IMG/VR virus record: IMGVR_UViG_3300032296_003307
Location: 62,001 to 126,000 of that record
DNA: 64,000 bases
Reading direction: 5' to 3' (one strand)
A program made the translations under genes and the position numbers. The stretch's first letter is position 1; every line of letters begins with the position of its first letter. The notes beneath the pieces were generated by a model, which saw only the letters and a list, made by a program, of their open reading frames with translations, made no database searches and was not told the DNA's origin. Shown piece after piece: positions 1 through 9,775 of the stretch.

Positions 1-573
1 ATAGAAGACCAAACAATTTATTCAGGTTATTATCATCAATTAAGCAATGGTAAATATTTCTCAGGTAAAACACCACAAGATACTCCTAGTTTTGAATTAA
101 CTACATTTACAAGAACTTCTTTTCCTTCTCCTATTACTCTAAATTCAGTACCTGTATATCCTGTTTTAACACCTGAGGGAACAGAAATATATGTTTCTTA
201 TCCTAATGATTTTAGTAGTCAAGAATACCCTAAATTTGAAGAGGTAACTCTTAATTCTCCCTCTTATAACCCAAATTATCCATCCCCTCAAGATTACCAA
301 ATAGGGGAATTTAGAAGATATTTCTGTAAAAAAACCAATGAAATAAAATATATAGAAATAGATAAAAATTATTTTGATTCATTAGTAGCCAAATCCACAA
401 ATGTGCTTTGGTCATTATATTTACCTTTTTATTTAGATTGGCAATTAACAGGAAACGAAGAACAAGTAGCTAGAGTCAATAAAAACAATGCTGAATTAAC
501 AGCCCAAAGATTAAAATTACCTGGTTTACTAGAATATCTAAGATTCGATTTTACAAAATATTATAAACCTTAA
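1..573 (+). CDS. 5'-truncated hypothetical phage protein
   Basis: Frame 1 is open from base 1 (IEDQTIYSGYYHQLSNGKYFSGKTP...) to TAA at 571-573; not in the ORF track because the start lies outside the window. Confidence 0.6.
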   Translation: MEDQTIYSGYYHQLSNGKYFSGKTPQDTPSFELTTFTRTSFPSPITLNSVPVYPVLTPEGTEIYVSYPNDFSSQEYPKFEEVTLNSPSYNPNYPSPQDYQIGEFRRYFCKKTNEIKYIEIDKNYFDSLVAKSTNVLWSLYLPFYLDWQLTGNEEQVARVNKNNAELTAQRLKLPGLLEYLRFDFTKYYKP

Positions 574-603
574 TTTGGCAACTTAAAACCTTGATGGTAC
601 ATT
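574..603 (+). promoter_or_regulatory. Early/middle promoter family (T/C/G)TTGG-N19-TA(C/T)ATT, representative copy
   Basis: Same two boxes with exactly 19 nt spacing, mostly just upstream of gene starts, at about 574, 2364, 4374, 9578, 11528, 14404, 18189, 19474, 20159, 23738, 26489, 26982, 30072, 32229, 33584, 45131, 47025, 49606, 52494 and 53895; resembles the Bacteroidota sigmaA -33 TTTG / -7 TAnnTTTG promoter. Confidence 0.85.
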
Positions 604-619
604 CATCTCAATCAAGGTT

Positions 620-1930
620 ATGTTTTGGTTAATTGAAAAAGAAGAGCATTTAGATTATTTAAGGCAAAGGCCAATCCAAGAAGCATTTGTTGAAATAATC
701 CCATATCACGACAACATACACCCTGCTTTAAACGATGTGTCTCTAGTGTATATTAGACCGTTTAATGACACGAAAGGTTATATGCTATGCGTTGACCATA
801 GTGAAACTGACTCGCTTAATAAAACGGTTATAAACGGTATACTACAAAATATAGATAAGGTGTGGGTACAAGATAAAAAACAAGCATTATATTATTTTCC
901 AATAAAATGTTTGCATGACCTATCCCAATTCTCTCCTCCGTATATACAAAACACTAAAGCACACGAACACTTTTATTTCAAAAATACGGATTATCCAAAA
1001 GTAAATAAACTTGTGCCCGTAAGCAAACACTATGAAAAATGCCAACATATTTATAATCACGTTCGTAGTGTTATACCTCAAGAGCTACCTTCATGGTTTG
1101 ATTTTTACAACAACAAGGTAGTATTGGCGTTTTTCGGAATAGAAAAGAACGGAATTAAAATAGATAAATATGAATTTGATAAACACTATGAGCTTAATCA
1201 CGAATTTTATTCAATCCAAGGCGATAGAACAATCCATCAGGATTGTTTCAGGATTTACACATGCTACAATTTGGCTACAACAACACGTAGACCAAGTAAC
1301 TCTTTTAATGGCATTAATTTTGCCGCAATAAATAAAGATAATGGCGCAAGGAGGAGCTTTAGATCGAGTCATGGTTTCATTGAGTTCGATATTAGCGCAT
1401 ACCATCCTCATCTTGTTTCTCGTATGGTTGCCTTTGATTTCCTCGATGGTGATGTCCACCAAACGTTCGCGAACCTCTATGGCACCTCGTATCAAGAGGC
1501 AAAAGAAATCACCTTCAAACAACTCTATGGTGGTGTATTTAAAGAGTACGCGCATTTGGAATTTTTTCAAAAAGTAAGTAAATTTGTAGACGATAACTGG
1601 AAAGAGTTCAATAACTCAGGCCAAGTTATTGTACCAATTTCAGGTTATTGTTTTGAAAAAGACAAGCTGGAGAATATGAATCCACAGAAACTGTTTAATT
1701 ATATGTTACAGAATGTGGAATCGGCTGTCAACACTTATATTTTAATGGATATACATAAGTTGTTGAGAGGCAAAAAAACAAAAATTGTATTATATACTTA
1801 CGATAGTTTCTTATTTGAAATGGGAGAGGGTGAGGAAGACATTGAAACAGATATACAAAACATTTTTAAAAAATATAAATTAACAACAAAAACAAAACGA
1901 GGTTACGATTATGACTTTACAGGAAAATAA
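620..1930 (+). CDS. polA: Minimal, divergent family-A DNA polymerase
   Basis: YNLATTTRRPSN, motif A-like FDISAYHP, motif B-like AKEITFKQLYGG, QNVES, motif C-like LYTYDSFLFE; only 436 aa. Confidence 0.75.
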   Translation: MFWLIEKEEHLDYLRQRPIQEAFVEIIPYHDNIHPALNDVSLVYIRPFNDTKGYMLCVDHSETDSLNKTVINGILQNIDKVWVQDKKQALYYFPIKCLHDLSQFSPPYIQNTKAHEHFYFKNTDYPKVNKLVPVSKHYEKCQHIYNHVRSVIPQELPSWFDFYNNKVVLAFFGIEKNGIKIDKYEFDKHYELNHEFYSIQGDRTIHQDCFRIYTCYNLATTTRRPSNSFNGINFAAINKDNGARRSFRSSHGFIEFDISAYHPHLVSRMVAFDFLDGDVHQTFANLYGTSYQEAKEITFKQLYGGVFKEYAHLEFFQKVSKFVDDNWKEFNNSGQVIVPISGYCFEKDKLENMNPQKLFNYMLQNVESAVNTYILMDIHKLLRGKKTKIVLYTYDSFLFEMGEGEEDIETDIQNIFKKYKLTTKTKRGYDYDFTGK

Positions 1931-2363
1931 ACATATGTATATGGGATACGATTTTGAACCCATAACTACGAGAGACGTGAATAATAAACTGTTTTGTACA
2001 TTTACAAACTTAGAGGAATTAGATTATTTGATCAGTCAACTGACAAAGTCGTACTCTATTATGTACAATAAAATGTTTGTTTTGTATGTAAAGAGTACAG
2101 ACGAGTATGTTGTTACTTACAATGTAGAACAAGGCAACGTTGATTCAATTCCTTTAAATACTATTTTAGTACATAGAAAGAAAGAAACCAACACATTATA
2201 TACAATTAATGCGTTGAATGATTTGATAAAAAAATTAAACGGTGGAGTGGTTGATCCTTCTTACCGTGTAAACTGGCAACACTATAAAAACTGTATTTTG
2301 TTAACCAACCACAATGAGTTGAAACAATTGAATACAAAAGTTTATAAGATTGTTGAACTTTAA
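1911..2363 (+). CDS. Hypothetical protein in the replication operon
   Basis: ORF between polA and SSB; true start may be a downstream Met. Confidence 0.65.
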   Translation: MTLQENKHMYMGYDFEPITTRDVNNKLFCTFTNLEELDYLISQLTKSYSIMYNKMFVLYVKSTDEYVVTYNVEQGNVDSIPLNTILVHRKKETNTLYTINALNDLIKKLNGGVVDPSYRVNWQHYKNCILLTNHNELKQLNTKVYKIVEL

Positions 2364-2422
2364 CTTGGTTATACAACACCTCGTTCTTACATTTCCGACA
2401 TTAAACTAATTAATTTATAATC

Positions 2423-3271
2423 ATGGATATTGCATCAATTAAACAACGACTAAATGCTTTACAGTCGACGAACAACACAGGCAAGAAAGAAAAAATCGAT
2501 TACTCAAAAGTTTACTGGAAACCAAAAGAGGAAGGCAAGTACCAAATTCGTATTGTGCCATCTAAACTAGATCCTAAAAACCCATTTAAAGAGGTTTTTG
2601 TTCACTATGGGTTTGGAAAATTTCCTATTTTTGCTTTAACCAACTGGGGTGAAAAAGATCCAATCGTAGAATTTGCCGCTCAATTAAGAAAAACTAATGA
2701 CAAAGAAAATTGGTCATTAGCTAAAAAATTGGACCCTAAAATGAGGATTTATGCTCCCGTTATTGTTAGGGGTGAAGAAGAAAAAGGTGTGCGCCTTTGG
2801 GAATTTGGTAAAGAAATTTACATGCAGCTTTTAGGTATTGCAGATGATGAAGATTATGGTGATTACACAGACATCAACGAAGGTAGAGACTTTACAGTTG
2901 AAGCTATTAAAGGTGATGTAGGTGGTCGTCAAGGATTGAAAACATCTATCCGTATTAAACCTAAAACCACTCCCGTAAGTACAGATGCTACTTTGATCGG
3001 TACTTTCCTTAGTGAACAACCCAATATTTTGGAAGTTCAACGTAAACGTACTTACGAAGAAATCAAAGAAATTCTCCAAAATTGGTTATCTCCAGAAGAA
3101 CCAGAAGAGGGTTCAATCATTGATGATGAGGACACACCCGAAGTAGAAGAAACAGTAACTACAAATGCTAAAGCTTATACTTTGAACCAACCTTTGGCTC
3201 CTAAAACATCAAAAGCAGACAAGTTCGATTCATTGTTTGAAGACGAGGACAACAACGATCTGCCTTTCTAA
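2423..3271 (+). CDS. Single-stranded DNA-binding protein (gp32-like)
   Basis: YWKP...QIRIVP...FKEVFVHY...DPIVEF...EGRDFTVE; acidic C-terminus ending DEDNNDLPF; sits upstream of recA. Confidence 0.75.
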   Translation: MDIASIKQRLNALQSTNNTGKKEKIDYSKVYWKPKEEGKYQIRIVPSKLDPKNPFKEVFVHYGFGKFPIFALTNWGEKDPIVEFAAQLRKTNDKENWSLAKKLDPKMRIYAPVIVRGEEEKGVRLWEFGKEIYMQLLGIADDEDYGDYTDINEGRDFTVEAIKGDVGGRQGLKTSIRIKPKTTPVSTDATLIGTFLSEQPNILEVQRKRTYEEIKEILQNWLSPEEPEEGSIIDDEDTPEVEETVTTNAKAYTLNQPLAPKTSKADKFDSLFEDEDNNDLPF

Positions 3272-3288
3272 TTAATTAAATTGAAGTT

Positions 3289-4371
3289 ATGGCTAGAACT
3301 AAGAAAAGCGAATCGCTAACGGCAGCAGTCTCCAAAGAGATTAAAGCCAATTTTAACCTTGATAAATTCAAGGAAAAGAAAATGCTTAATGGCAACGTTA
3401 AGTTTAAAGAACAAAAGTGGATTCCCCTTAGTCCAGCATTTCAAGAAGTAACAAGTGTGCCTGGTATTCCTACCGGGCACATTGTTCTACTTCGTGGACA
3501 TAGTGATACAGGTAAAACAACTGCTATGATTGAAGCAGCAGTTAATGCTCAAAAAATGGGTATTTTACCTGTGTTCATTGTTACAGAAATGAAATGGAAT
3601 TGGGAACACGCAATGCAAATGGGTTTGCAAGTTGAAATGGAAATGGATGAAGGAACAAATGAAGTTAATAACTACAGTGGTTTCTTCCTTTATGCCGATA
3701 GAGAAACTTTGCACACTATTGAAGATGTAGCAGCATTTATTTTGGATTTGTTGGATGAACAAAAGAAAGGTAATTTACCTTACGATTTGTGTTTCCTATG
3801 GGATTCAATTGGTTCAGTTCCTTGTGAATTGTCAGTTAAATCAAATAAAAACAACAATGAATGGAATGCTGGTGCTATGTCTACTCAGTTTGGTAATAAT
3901 GTAAACCAAAAAATTACATTATCACGTAAAGAATCATCACCTTATACTAATACCTTGGTATGTGTAAATAAGGTTTGGACAGCAAAAGCAGAAGTACCTA
4001 TGGGTCAACCTAAGTTGATGAACAAAGGTGGTTTTGCTATGTGGTTTGATGCTACGTTTGTTATTACTTTTGGTAATGTTTCAAATGCTGGTACATCTAA
4101 AATCAAAGCGATTAAGGATGGTAAGCAAGTTGAATTTGCTAAACGTACAAACATTCAGATTGATAAAAATCACATTAATGGTATTACTACTCGTGGTAAA
4201 ATCATTATGACTCCTCATGGCTTTATTAATGACACTGATAAAGAAATTAAGGCCTATAAGGATGAACATGCTAGTGAATGGATGAAAGTTTTAGGTGGAA
4301 TGGACTTCGATATTTTTGAAGAAGATGAAACCTTTGAAACATTAAATGTTTTTGAACAAGAACCAGATTAA
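3289..4371 (+). CDS. recA: RecA/UvsX-like recombinase
   Basis: Walker A GHSDTGKTT, Walker B FLWDSIGS, KGG loop, KNHING. Confidence 0.85.
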   Translation: MARTKKSESLTAAVSKEIKANFNLDKFKEKKMLNGNVKFKEQKWIPLSPAFQEVTSVPGIPTGHIVLLRGHSDTGKTTAMIEAAVNAQKMGILPVFIVTEMKWNWEHAMQMGLQVEMEMDEGTNEVNNYSGFFLYADRETLHTIEDVAAFILDLLDEQKKGNLPYDLCFLWDSIGSVPCELSVKSNKNNNEWNAGAMSTQFGNNVNQKITLSRKESSPYTNTLVCVNKVWTAKAEVPMGQPKLMNKGGFAMWFDATFVITFGNVSNAGTSKIKAIKDGKQVEFAKRTNIQIDKNHINGITTRGKIIMTPHGFINDTDKEIKAYKDEHASEWMKVLGGMDFDIFEEDETFETLNVFEQEPD

Positions 4372-4408
4372 TGTTGGCTTTGTTTAAAATTTTTATTACA
4401 TTTACAGT

Positions 4409-5446
4409 ATGAACAAGAGTGAACTATTAAACCTCCTAGATCAAATGGATAAACAGGAGTCTTCTCCTTCCAACCCACACGACAGAGTATTGCTTATTGA
4501 TGGGTTAAATTTGTTTTTTAGGAATTTTGCTATGATGAACTTTGTGAACGAACAAGGTGTTCACATTGGTGGTCTAGGAGGTTTTCTTCGCTCTTTAAAT
4601 TCTCTGATAAATCAAGTACAACCAACCTCTGTTTATGTAGTGTTTGATGGTGTTGGTTCTTCAACAAATCGTAAAAACATGCTACCTGAATATAAATCAG
4701 GTCGCAATTTAGTTCGTATTACCAACTGGGATGTGTTTGAGAGTTTGGACGACGAACATGATGCTAAAGTAGATCAAATTGTTCGTTTGATTCATTATCT
4801 CAAATGCCTACCAGTTAAAACATTGAGTTTAGATAAGGTGGAGGCCGATGATATAATCGCCTATTTAAGTGATATATTGCCTATAAAACACAATTCTCAA
4901 GTTTTCATAGTATCCAACGATAAGGACTTTGTTCAATTAGTAAACGATAAAGTTACGTTGTATCGTCCTGCTGAAAAGGAATATTATACACCTCAAACAG
5001 TAAGAGACAACTTTGGTATATTAGCTGAAAATTTTATTATTTATAAAACACTATTGGGAGACCAATCAGATAAAGTAGAGGGTGTAAAAGGATTAGGTCA
5101 AAAGGGTATATTGAAAAAATTCCCTGAATTAGCAGAACGATATATTAGTTTCCAAGAATTAATTGAAATATCTGCTGCTAAACATAAAGAACACGTTGTG
5201 TATTCAAGAGTAGTTTTTGATATGGAACGTTTGGAAAATAATTTCCGAATTATGGATTTAGAAAATCCATTGATTGATGACAATGACAAAGCATATCTTG
5301 AAGAAGAAACAGAAACCCCAACTCCAGCTTTGAATCTTGAAGGATTTTTACGACTTTACAATGAGGATGGTTTAGGAAAAATGATTAAAAATCCTGAATT
5401 TACAATCAACGATACATTTAAAATATTAAACAGTTTTAGAAAATAA
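4409..5446 (+). CDS. 5'-3' exonuclease / T4 RNase H-like flap nuclease
   Basis: LLIDGLN, VVFDG, YKSGR, VEADDII, SNDKDF, LLGDQSDKVEGVKGLG. Confidence 0.88.
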   Translation: MNKSELLNLLDQMDKQESSPSNPHDRVLLIDGLNLFFRNFAMMNFVNEQGVHIGGLGGFLRSLNSLINQVQPTSVYVVFDGVGSSTNRKNMLPEYKSGRNLVRITNWDVFESLDDEHDAKVDQIVRLIHYLKCLPVKTLSLDKVEADDIIAYLSDILPIKHNSQVFIVSNDKDFVQLVNDKVTLYRPAEKEYYTPQTVRDNFGILAENFIIYKTLLGDQSDKVEGVKGLGQKGILKKFPELAERYISFQELIEISAAKHKEHVVYSRVVFDMERLENNFRIMDLENPLIDDNDKAYLEEETETPTPALNLEGFLRLYNEDGLGKMIKNPEFTINDTFKILNSFRK

Positions 5447-5939
5447 GTTATATTTATGACCATGAAAAAATTAGAATTAATACAAATTATTAGAGAAGAA
5501 ATCAACAAGATTGTTAAAGAAGATTTTCGAATTGGTGGATTTCTACATTACACATATAATGAAAAAACACCAGATTTAGAATACCCCTTATCAAATCCAA
5601 AAGATGTTTGGACTTTTTTCTATTACAACTTTATACATCCTAGTAAAAATGCTGGATTTTATTTACCTCCCAGTATTAAAAAATGTAAAAATGAAATTGA
5701 TTTTTTTAAACTAAAAAATCAAAAAGAATCAGATGTCGATCCGAAATATAAAACAGAACTGAAAGACTATGATAGTCCGACTTTTACAGCAGGTTTGGTA
5801 GGAAGTATTGAAAGAGCTATGAAGCAAAGAAAATATACCGATAAGGAGACAACTTTTACTAAAATGGCTATGCAAATTCATAGAATACTTTAAATATTAA
5901 ACAGTTTTAGAAAAATAAGTTTTAGAAAATAAGTTATAT
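5421..5939 (+). repeat. Direct repeats flanking an inserted ORF
   Basis: AAATATTAAACAGTTTTAGAAAA at 5421-5443 and 5892-5914; AGTTTTAGAAAATAAGTTATAT at 5432-5453 and 5918-5939. Confidence 0.85.
5462..5893 (+). CDS. Inserted hypothetical protein with MKKLELIQIIREE leader
   Basis: ORF track starts at 5456; ATG 5462 gives a leader like that of 44390; TATTTATG just upstream. Confidence 0.7.
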   Translation: MKKLELIQIIREEINKIVKEDFRIGGFLHYTYNEKTPDLEYPLSNPKDVWTFFYYNFIHPSKNAGFYLPPSIKKCKNEIDFFKLKNQKESDVDPKYKTELKDYDSPTFTAGLVGSIERAMKQRKYTDKETTFTKMAMQIHRIL

Positions 5940-7299
5940 GACATTAAACAATTTATCTCAATATGGAATAGGATTCCAGATTAAGGTATTATCATCACTT
6001 TTAACACACAAAGAATTTCTTCTGAATATTCAAGATGTGTTGAGTGAGGAATACTTTGATAATCAAGCCCACAAATGGATTATTAAACAAATCCTAGATT
6101 ACTTCCAAAAGTATCATACTACTCCTTCAATGGATGTTTTGAAGGTAGAATTAAAGAAAATCGACAATGAAGTTCTACAAGTTTCTATTAAAGAACAATT
6201 AAGAGAGGCCTACAAATCCTCAGATGAAGATCTTAAGTATGTTGAGGAAGAATTTTCTAACTTTTGTAAAAACCAACAGCTTAAAAAAGCGTTGTTAACA
6301 AGCGTAGACTTTTTGAATGCAGGAGACTATGATTCAATCAGATCAATTGTTGATAACGCATTAAAAGCAGGTCAAGACAAAAATATGGGACACGAATACA
6401 ACAAAGATGTTGAATCTCGTTATCGTGAAGACCATAGAACAATTGTTCCTACCCCTTGGGAATCAATCAATGAATTACTACAGGGTGGTTTAGGAAATGG
6501 AGACTTTGGATTGATATTTGGTAATCCTGGTGGTGGTAAATCTTGGTCATTAGTTGCTTTAGGAGGATTTGCTGTTAAATTAGGTTACAATGTTTTACAC
6601 TATACTCTAGAATTAGGTTCTGATTATGTAGGACGAAGATATGATGCTTTCTTTACTGGAGTAGGAGTTCAAAACATTACCAAACATAAAGACCAAGTTG
6701 AAGAAGCAGTTACTCAATTACCAGGACAATTGATTATTAAAGAATACCCAACAGGTAAAGCCTCTATTTCAACAATTGAGTCCCATATTAAAAAATGTAT
6801 TGACCTAGACTTTAAACCAGATTTGATTATTATTGATTACGTAGATCTTCTCCGTTCAAAAAGAAAGAATCGTGAGCGTAAGGAAGAGATAGATGATATT
6901 TATATTAGTACTAAGGGACTTGCTAGAGAATTGAACCTACCAGTTTGGTCTGTTTCTCAAGTAAATCGAGCTGGTGCAAAAGATGATATTATTGAAGGTG
7001 ATAAAGCAGCAGGTAGCTATGATAAAATGATGGTTACCGATGTTGCTATATCCTTATCAAGGAAACGTCAAGACAAAGTAAATGGGACAGGAAGATTTCA
7101 CATCATGAAAAATAGATACGGTATGGACGGCCTAACGTTCTCAGTGAAAGCAGATACTTCTACAGGTCATTTTGAAGTATCAACCCATATTGAAGACGAC
7201 GAACCTGAAACATCATCTACACCCTCGTTTGGAAATCAGATAGATTCAGTAGACAAAGCCCTTATTAAACAAAAATTTTTCGAACTACAAACAGATTAA
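5938..7299 (+). CDS. dnaB: Replicative DnaB/gp41-like helicase
   Basis: Walker A GNPGGGKS, HYTLEL, IIIDYVDLL, SQVNR, KNRYG. Confidence 0.9.
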   Translation: MTLNNLSQYGIGFQIKVLSSLLTHKEFLLNIQDVLSEEYFDNQAHKWIIKQILDYFQKYHTTPSMDVLKVELKKIDNEVLQVSIKEQLREAYKSSDEDLKYVEEEFSNFCKNQQLKKALLTSVDFLNAGDYDSIRSIVDNALKAGQDKNMGHEYNKDVESRYREDHRTIVPTPWESINELLQGGLGNGDFGLIFGNPGGGKSWSLVALGGFAVKLGYNVLHYTLELGSDYVGRRYDAFFTGVGVQNITKHKDQVEEAVTQLPGQLIIKEYPTGKASISTIESHIKKCIDLDFKPDLIIIDYVDLLRSKRKNRERKEEIDDIYISTKGLARELNLPVWSVSQVNRAGAKDDIIEGDKAAGSYDKMMVTDVAISLSRKRQDKVNGTGRFHIMKNRYGMDGLTFSVKADTSTGHFEVSTHIEDDEPETSSTPSFGNQIDSVDKALIKQKFFELQTD

Positions 7300-7314
7300 A
7301 ATTATTAAAAAACA

Positions 7315-9171
7315 ATGTTAACAACAGAATCACAAATTTTGTCGGAAATTACTACCCATTTGAAATATGCTAAATTCGTACCCGAAAAGCATAGAAGGGA
7401 AACGTGGGATGAGTTGGTTACCCGAAACAAAGAAATGCACATCAAAAAGTTTCCCCAATTGGCTGAAGAGATTGAAGCCGCTTACAAGTACGTTTATGAC
7501 AAAAAGGTATTACCATCAATGCGTTCAATGCAATTTGCTGGTAAACCAATTGAAATAAACAATGCTCGTATTTTTAACTGTTCTTATTTACCAATTGATG
7601 ATTTTAGAGCATTTTCTGAAATCATGTTCTTATTACTTTCAGGTTGCGGAGTAGGTTATTCAGTACAAACACATCATGTAGAAAAGTTACCTGAAATTAG
7701 AAAACCACTTAAGTGGAAACGTTATTTAGTAGGTGATTCTATTGAAGGTTGGGCTGATGCAGTTCGTATGTTAACCAAAGCTTATTTTGGTCAAACATCA
7801 ACTGGTCCTTTATTTGATTTTAGAGACATTAGAGCAAAAGGTGCTTCATTAATTACAGTTGGAGGTAAAGCACCAGGTCCTGAACCATTGAAAATTGCTT
7901 TAATTCATATGCAAGCGATTTTAGACCATAAACAAGATGGTGAAAAATTAACTACTTTAGAATGTCACGATATTATTTGTCATTTGGCTGATGCTGTATT
8001 ATCAGGTGGTATTCGTAGAGCAGCTCTTATTGCTTTGTTCAATCTTCATGATGAAGATATGTTGACTTGTAAATTCGGTAACTGGTGGGAAAATAACCCT
8101 CAAAGAGGTAGAGCAAACAACTCAGCTGTATTACTTCGTAATATGATTGATAAAGAAACATTTATGAGTTTGTGGGGTAAAATTGAGGCATCTAATAGTG
8201 GAGAACCAGGTTTCTTATTTACAAATGATAAAGATGCTGGAACTAACCCTTGTGCCGAGATTAACTTAAAAGCTAATCAATTCTGTAACTTGTGTGAAAT
8301 CAATGCTTCAGATATTGAAACACAAGAGGAATATAATGCAAGAGCTAAAGCAGCAGCTTTCATTGGTACACTACAAGCTAGCTATACTGATTTCCATTAC
8401 TTGAGAGACATTTGGAGAAAAACAACCGAAAAAGAAGCATTGTTAGGTATTGGAATGACAGGTATTGCCTCAGGTGCTGTATTAAAACTTGATATGAAAC
8501 AAGCAGCTAAAGTAGCAGTATCAGAAAATGAAAGAGTAGCTGGTATTTTAGGTATCAATAAAGCAGCTCGTGTTACTACAGTTAAACCCTCAGGAACCAC
8601 TTCATTAGTATTAGGTACAAGTTCAGGTATTCACGCTTGGCACGATGATTACTATATGAGAAGAATTCGTTTAGGTAAAAATGAAGCTTTGTATACTTAT
8701 CTGAATGTTTACCATCCTGAAATGTTGGAAGATGATTTCTTTAAACCAAATCTTCAATCAATTGTTTCTGTTCCTCAACGTGCTCCAGAAGGTGCTATTA
8801 CACGTAAAGAATCAGCTATGGATTTGTTAGAACGTATTAAAACCATCAACAAAAACTGGATTAAACCAGGACATAGAAAAGGTGCTAACATGCATAACGT
8901 ATCAGCTACTGTTACTATCAAGCAAGATGAATGGCCTGCAGTTGGAGAATGGCTTTATGAAAATAAAGAATACTTTACAGCATTGTCTTTCTTACCATTT
9001 GACGGACACACCTATAAGCAAGCTCCTTTCGAAACTATAACAAAGGAAGAATTCGAAGCAGCAGTTAGTTCATTACATAAAGTAGATTTATCTTTAGTAA
9101 TTGAAATGAATGATAATACAGCATTAATGGAAAATCTTGCATGCTCTGGTGGGCAGTGTGAGATAGTTTAA
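7315..9171 (+). CDS. nrdJ: Class II (B12-dependent) ribonucleotide reductase
   Basis: VLPSMRS, FNCSY, TNPCAEI, VKPSGTTS, C-terminal ACSGGQCEIV; no beta subunit in the window. Confidence 0.85.
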   Translation: MLTTESQILSEITTHLKYAKFVPEKHRRETWDELVTRNKEMHIKKFPQLAEEIEAAYKYVYDKKVLPSMRSMQFAGKPIEINNARIFNCSYLPIDDFRAFSEIMFLLLSGCGVGYSVQTHHVEKLPEIRKPLKWKRYLVGDSIEGWADAVRMLTKAYFGQTSTGPLFDFRDIRAKGASLITVGGKAPGPEPLKIALIHMQAILDHKQDGEKLTTLECHDIICHLADAVLSGGIRRAALIALFNLHDEDMLTCKFGNWWENNPQRGRANNSAVLLRNMIDKETFMSLWGKIEASNSGEPGFLFTNDKDAGTNPCAEINLKANQFCNLCEINASDIETQEEYNARAKAAAFIGTLQASYTDFHYLRDIWRKTTEKEALLGIGMTGIASGAVLKLDMKQAAKVAVSENERVAGILGINKAARVTTVKPSGTTSLVLGTSSGIHAWHDDYYMRRIRLGKNEALYTYLNVYHPEMLEDDFFKPNLQSIVSVPQRAPEGAITRKESAMDLLERIKTINKNWIKPGHRKGANMHNVSATVTIKQDEWPAVGEWLYENKEYFTALSFLPFDGHTYKQAPFETITKEEFEAAVSSLHKVDLSLVIEMNDNTALMENLACSGGQCEIV

Positions 9172-9179
9172 TATTTATA
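9172..9179 (+). promoter_or_regulatory. Putative late promoter family TATTTATA, representative copy
   Basis: Sense-strand octamer shortly upstream of starts at 9172, 9247, 9808, 13726, 19500, 26515, 29837, 31574, 44375, 48142, 49468, 53103, 61200 and on the minus strand at 60581-60588; variants TATTTATT at 17427, 23540 and 54372, TATGTATA at about 46568. Confidence 0.8.
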
Positions 9180-9183
9180 CGGT

Positions 9184-9219
9184 ATGTGGAATAGTATAAA
9201 AGAAAGAATATTTTATTAA
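9184..9219 (+). pseudogene. First dead 5' stub (MWNSIKERIFY*) of the membrane-protein gene at 10403
   Basis: Shares AAAGAAAGAATATTT and IKERIF with the stub at 9622; has its own TATTTATA at 9172. Confidence 0.65.
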
Positions 9220-9257
9220 ACTTTGTAAATTAATAACAGAAAATAATATTTATAAAC

Positions 9258-9560
9258 ATGAATAATTTCGATTTAAAAAAATATTTAGTAGAAAATAAAT
9301 TAACTAAAAATAGTCAAGTAGAAGAAAATGAACTTGAAAATATATTTAAACTAGATAATCAAAACAGGCAAATTACTTTTGACTTGAGAAAACTATCTAA
9401 TTCAGAATTTGAAGAAATATATGATTCATTGACTAATAACCCTGATATATATAGAATAAGAACTTATGGAAATGGTTTTATAGAGGTTGATTTAAATGAA
9501 TTAAATAATGAAAATAAATTATTATTGTTGAAATACAAAGATAAGATAAAAATTAAATAA
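9258..9560 (+). CDS. Cassette ORF with MNNFDLKKYLVENK leader, putative virion-internal protein
   Basis: TATTTATA upstream, hairpin downstream; leader similar to 48863. Confidence 0.7.
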   Translation: MNNFDLKKYLVENKLTKNSQVEENELENIFKLDNQNRQITFDLRKLSNSEFEEIYDSLTNNPDIYRIRTYGNGFIEVDLNELNNENKLLLLKYKDKIKIK

Positions 9561-9574
9561 AAACAAATAAAGTT

Positions 9575-9601
9575 AAGCTTGGGAAACCAAGCTTTCTTTT
9601 T
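9575..9601 (+). terminator. Hairpin AAGCTTGG-GAAA-CCAAGCTT + T-tract, overlapping a TTGG-N19-TACATT promoter
   Basis: Perfect 8-bp stem with GAAA tetraloop; near-identical copies at 20155 and 26978. Confidence 0.85.
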
Positions 9602-9621
9602 TACATTATTGATTATAAATT

Positions 9622-9768
9622 ATGTTTCAAAAAATTAAAGAAAGAATATTTCCTTTCCTGATAGCATTTTCTGCCTTATCAGTTAGTGCATCAGCTGCTT
9701 TTTATAGCGTTACTGGTCTCAGCATGTTATTTGCTGGGGCTAGTTTCGCTGTAATTATTATTTTCTAA
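9622..9768 (+). pseudogene. Second dead 5' stub (48 aa) of the membrane-protein gene at 10403
   Basis: FLIAFSALSVSASAAFYSVTGLSMLFAGASFAVIII aligns without gaps to WLITFCALGLGGTAAYYSVIGLSKMFAGVSTAVIIM of the 10403 ORF; ends in TAA just before the HNH leader. Confidence 0.85.
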
Positions 9769-9775
9769 AGAATTA

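Noticed and set aside
7315-9171. B12-dependent RNR as a novel finding
   Set aside because: Class II RNRs are common in aquatic phages; recorded as a feature only
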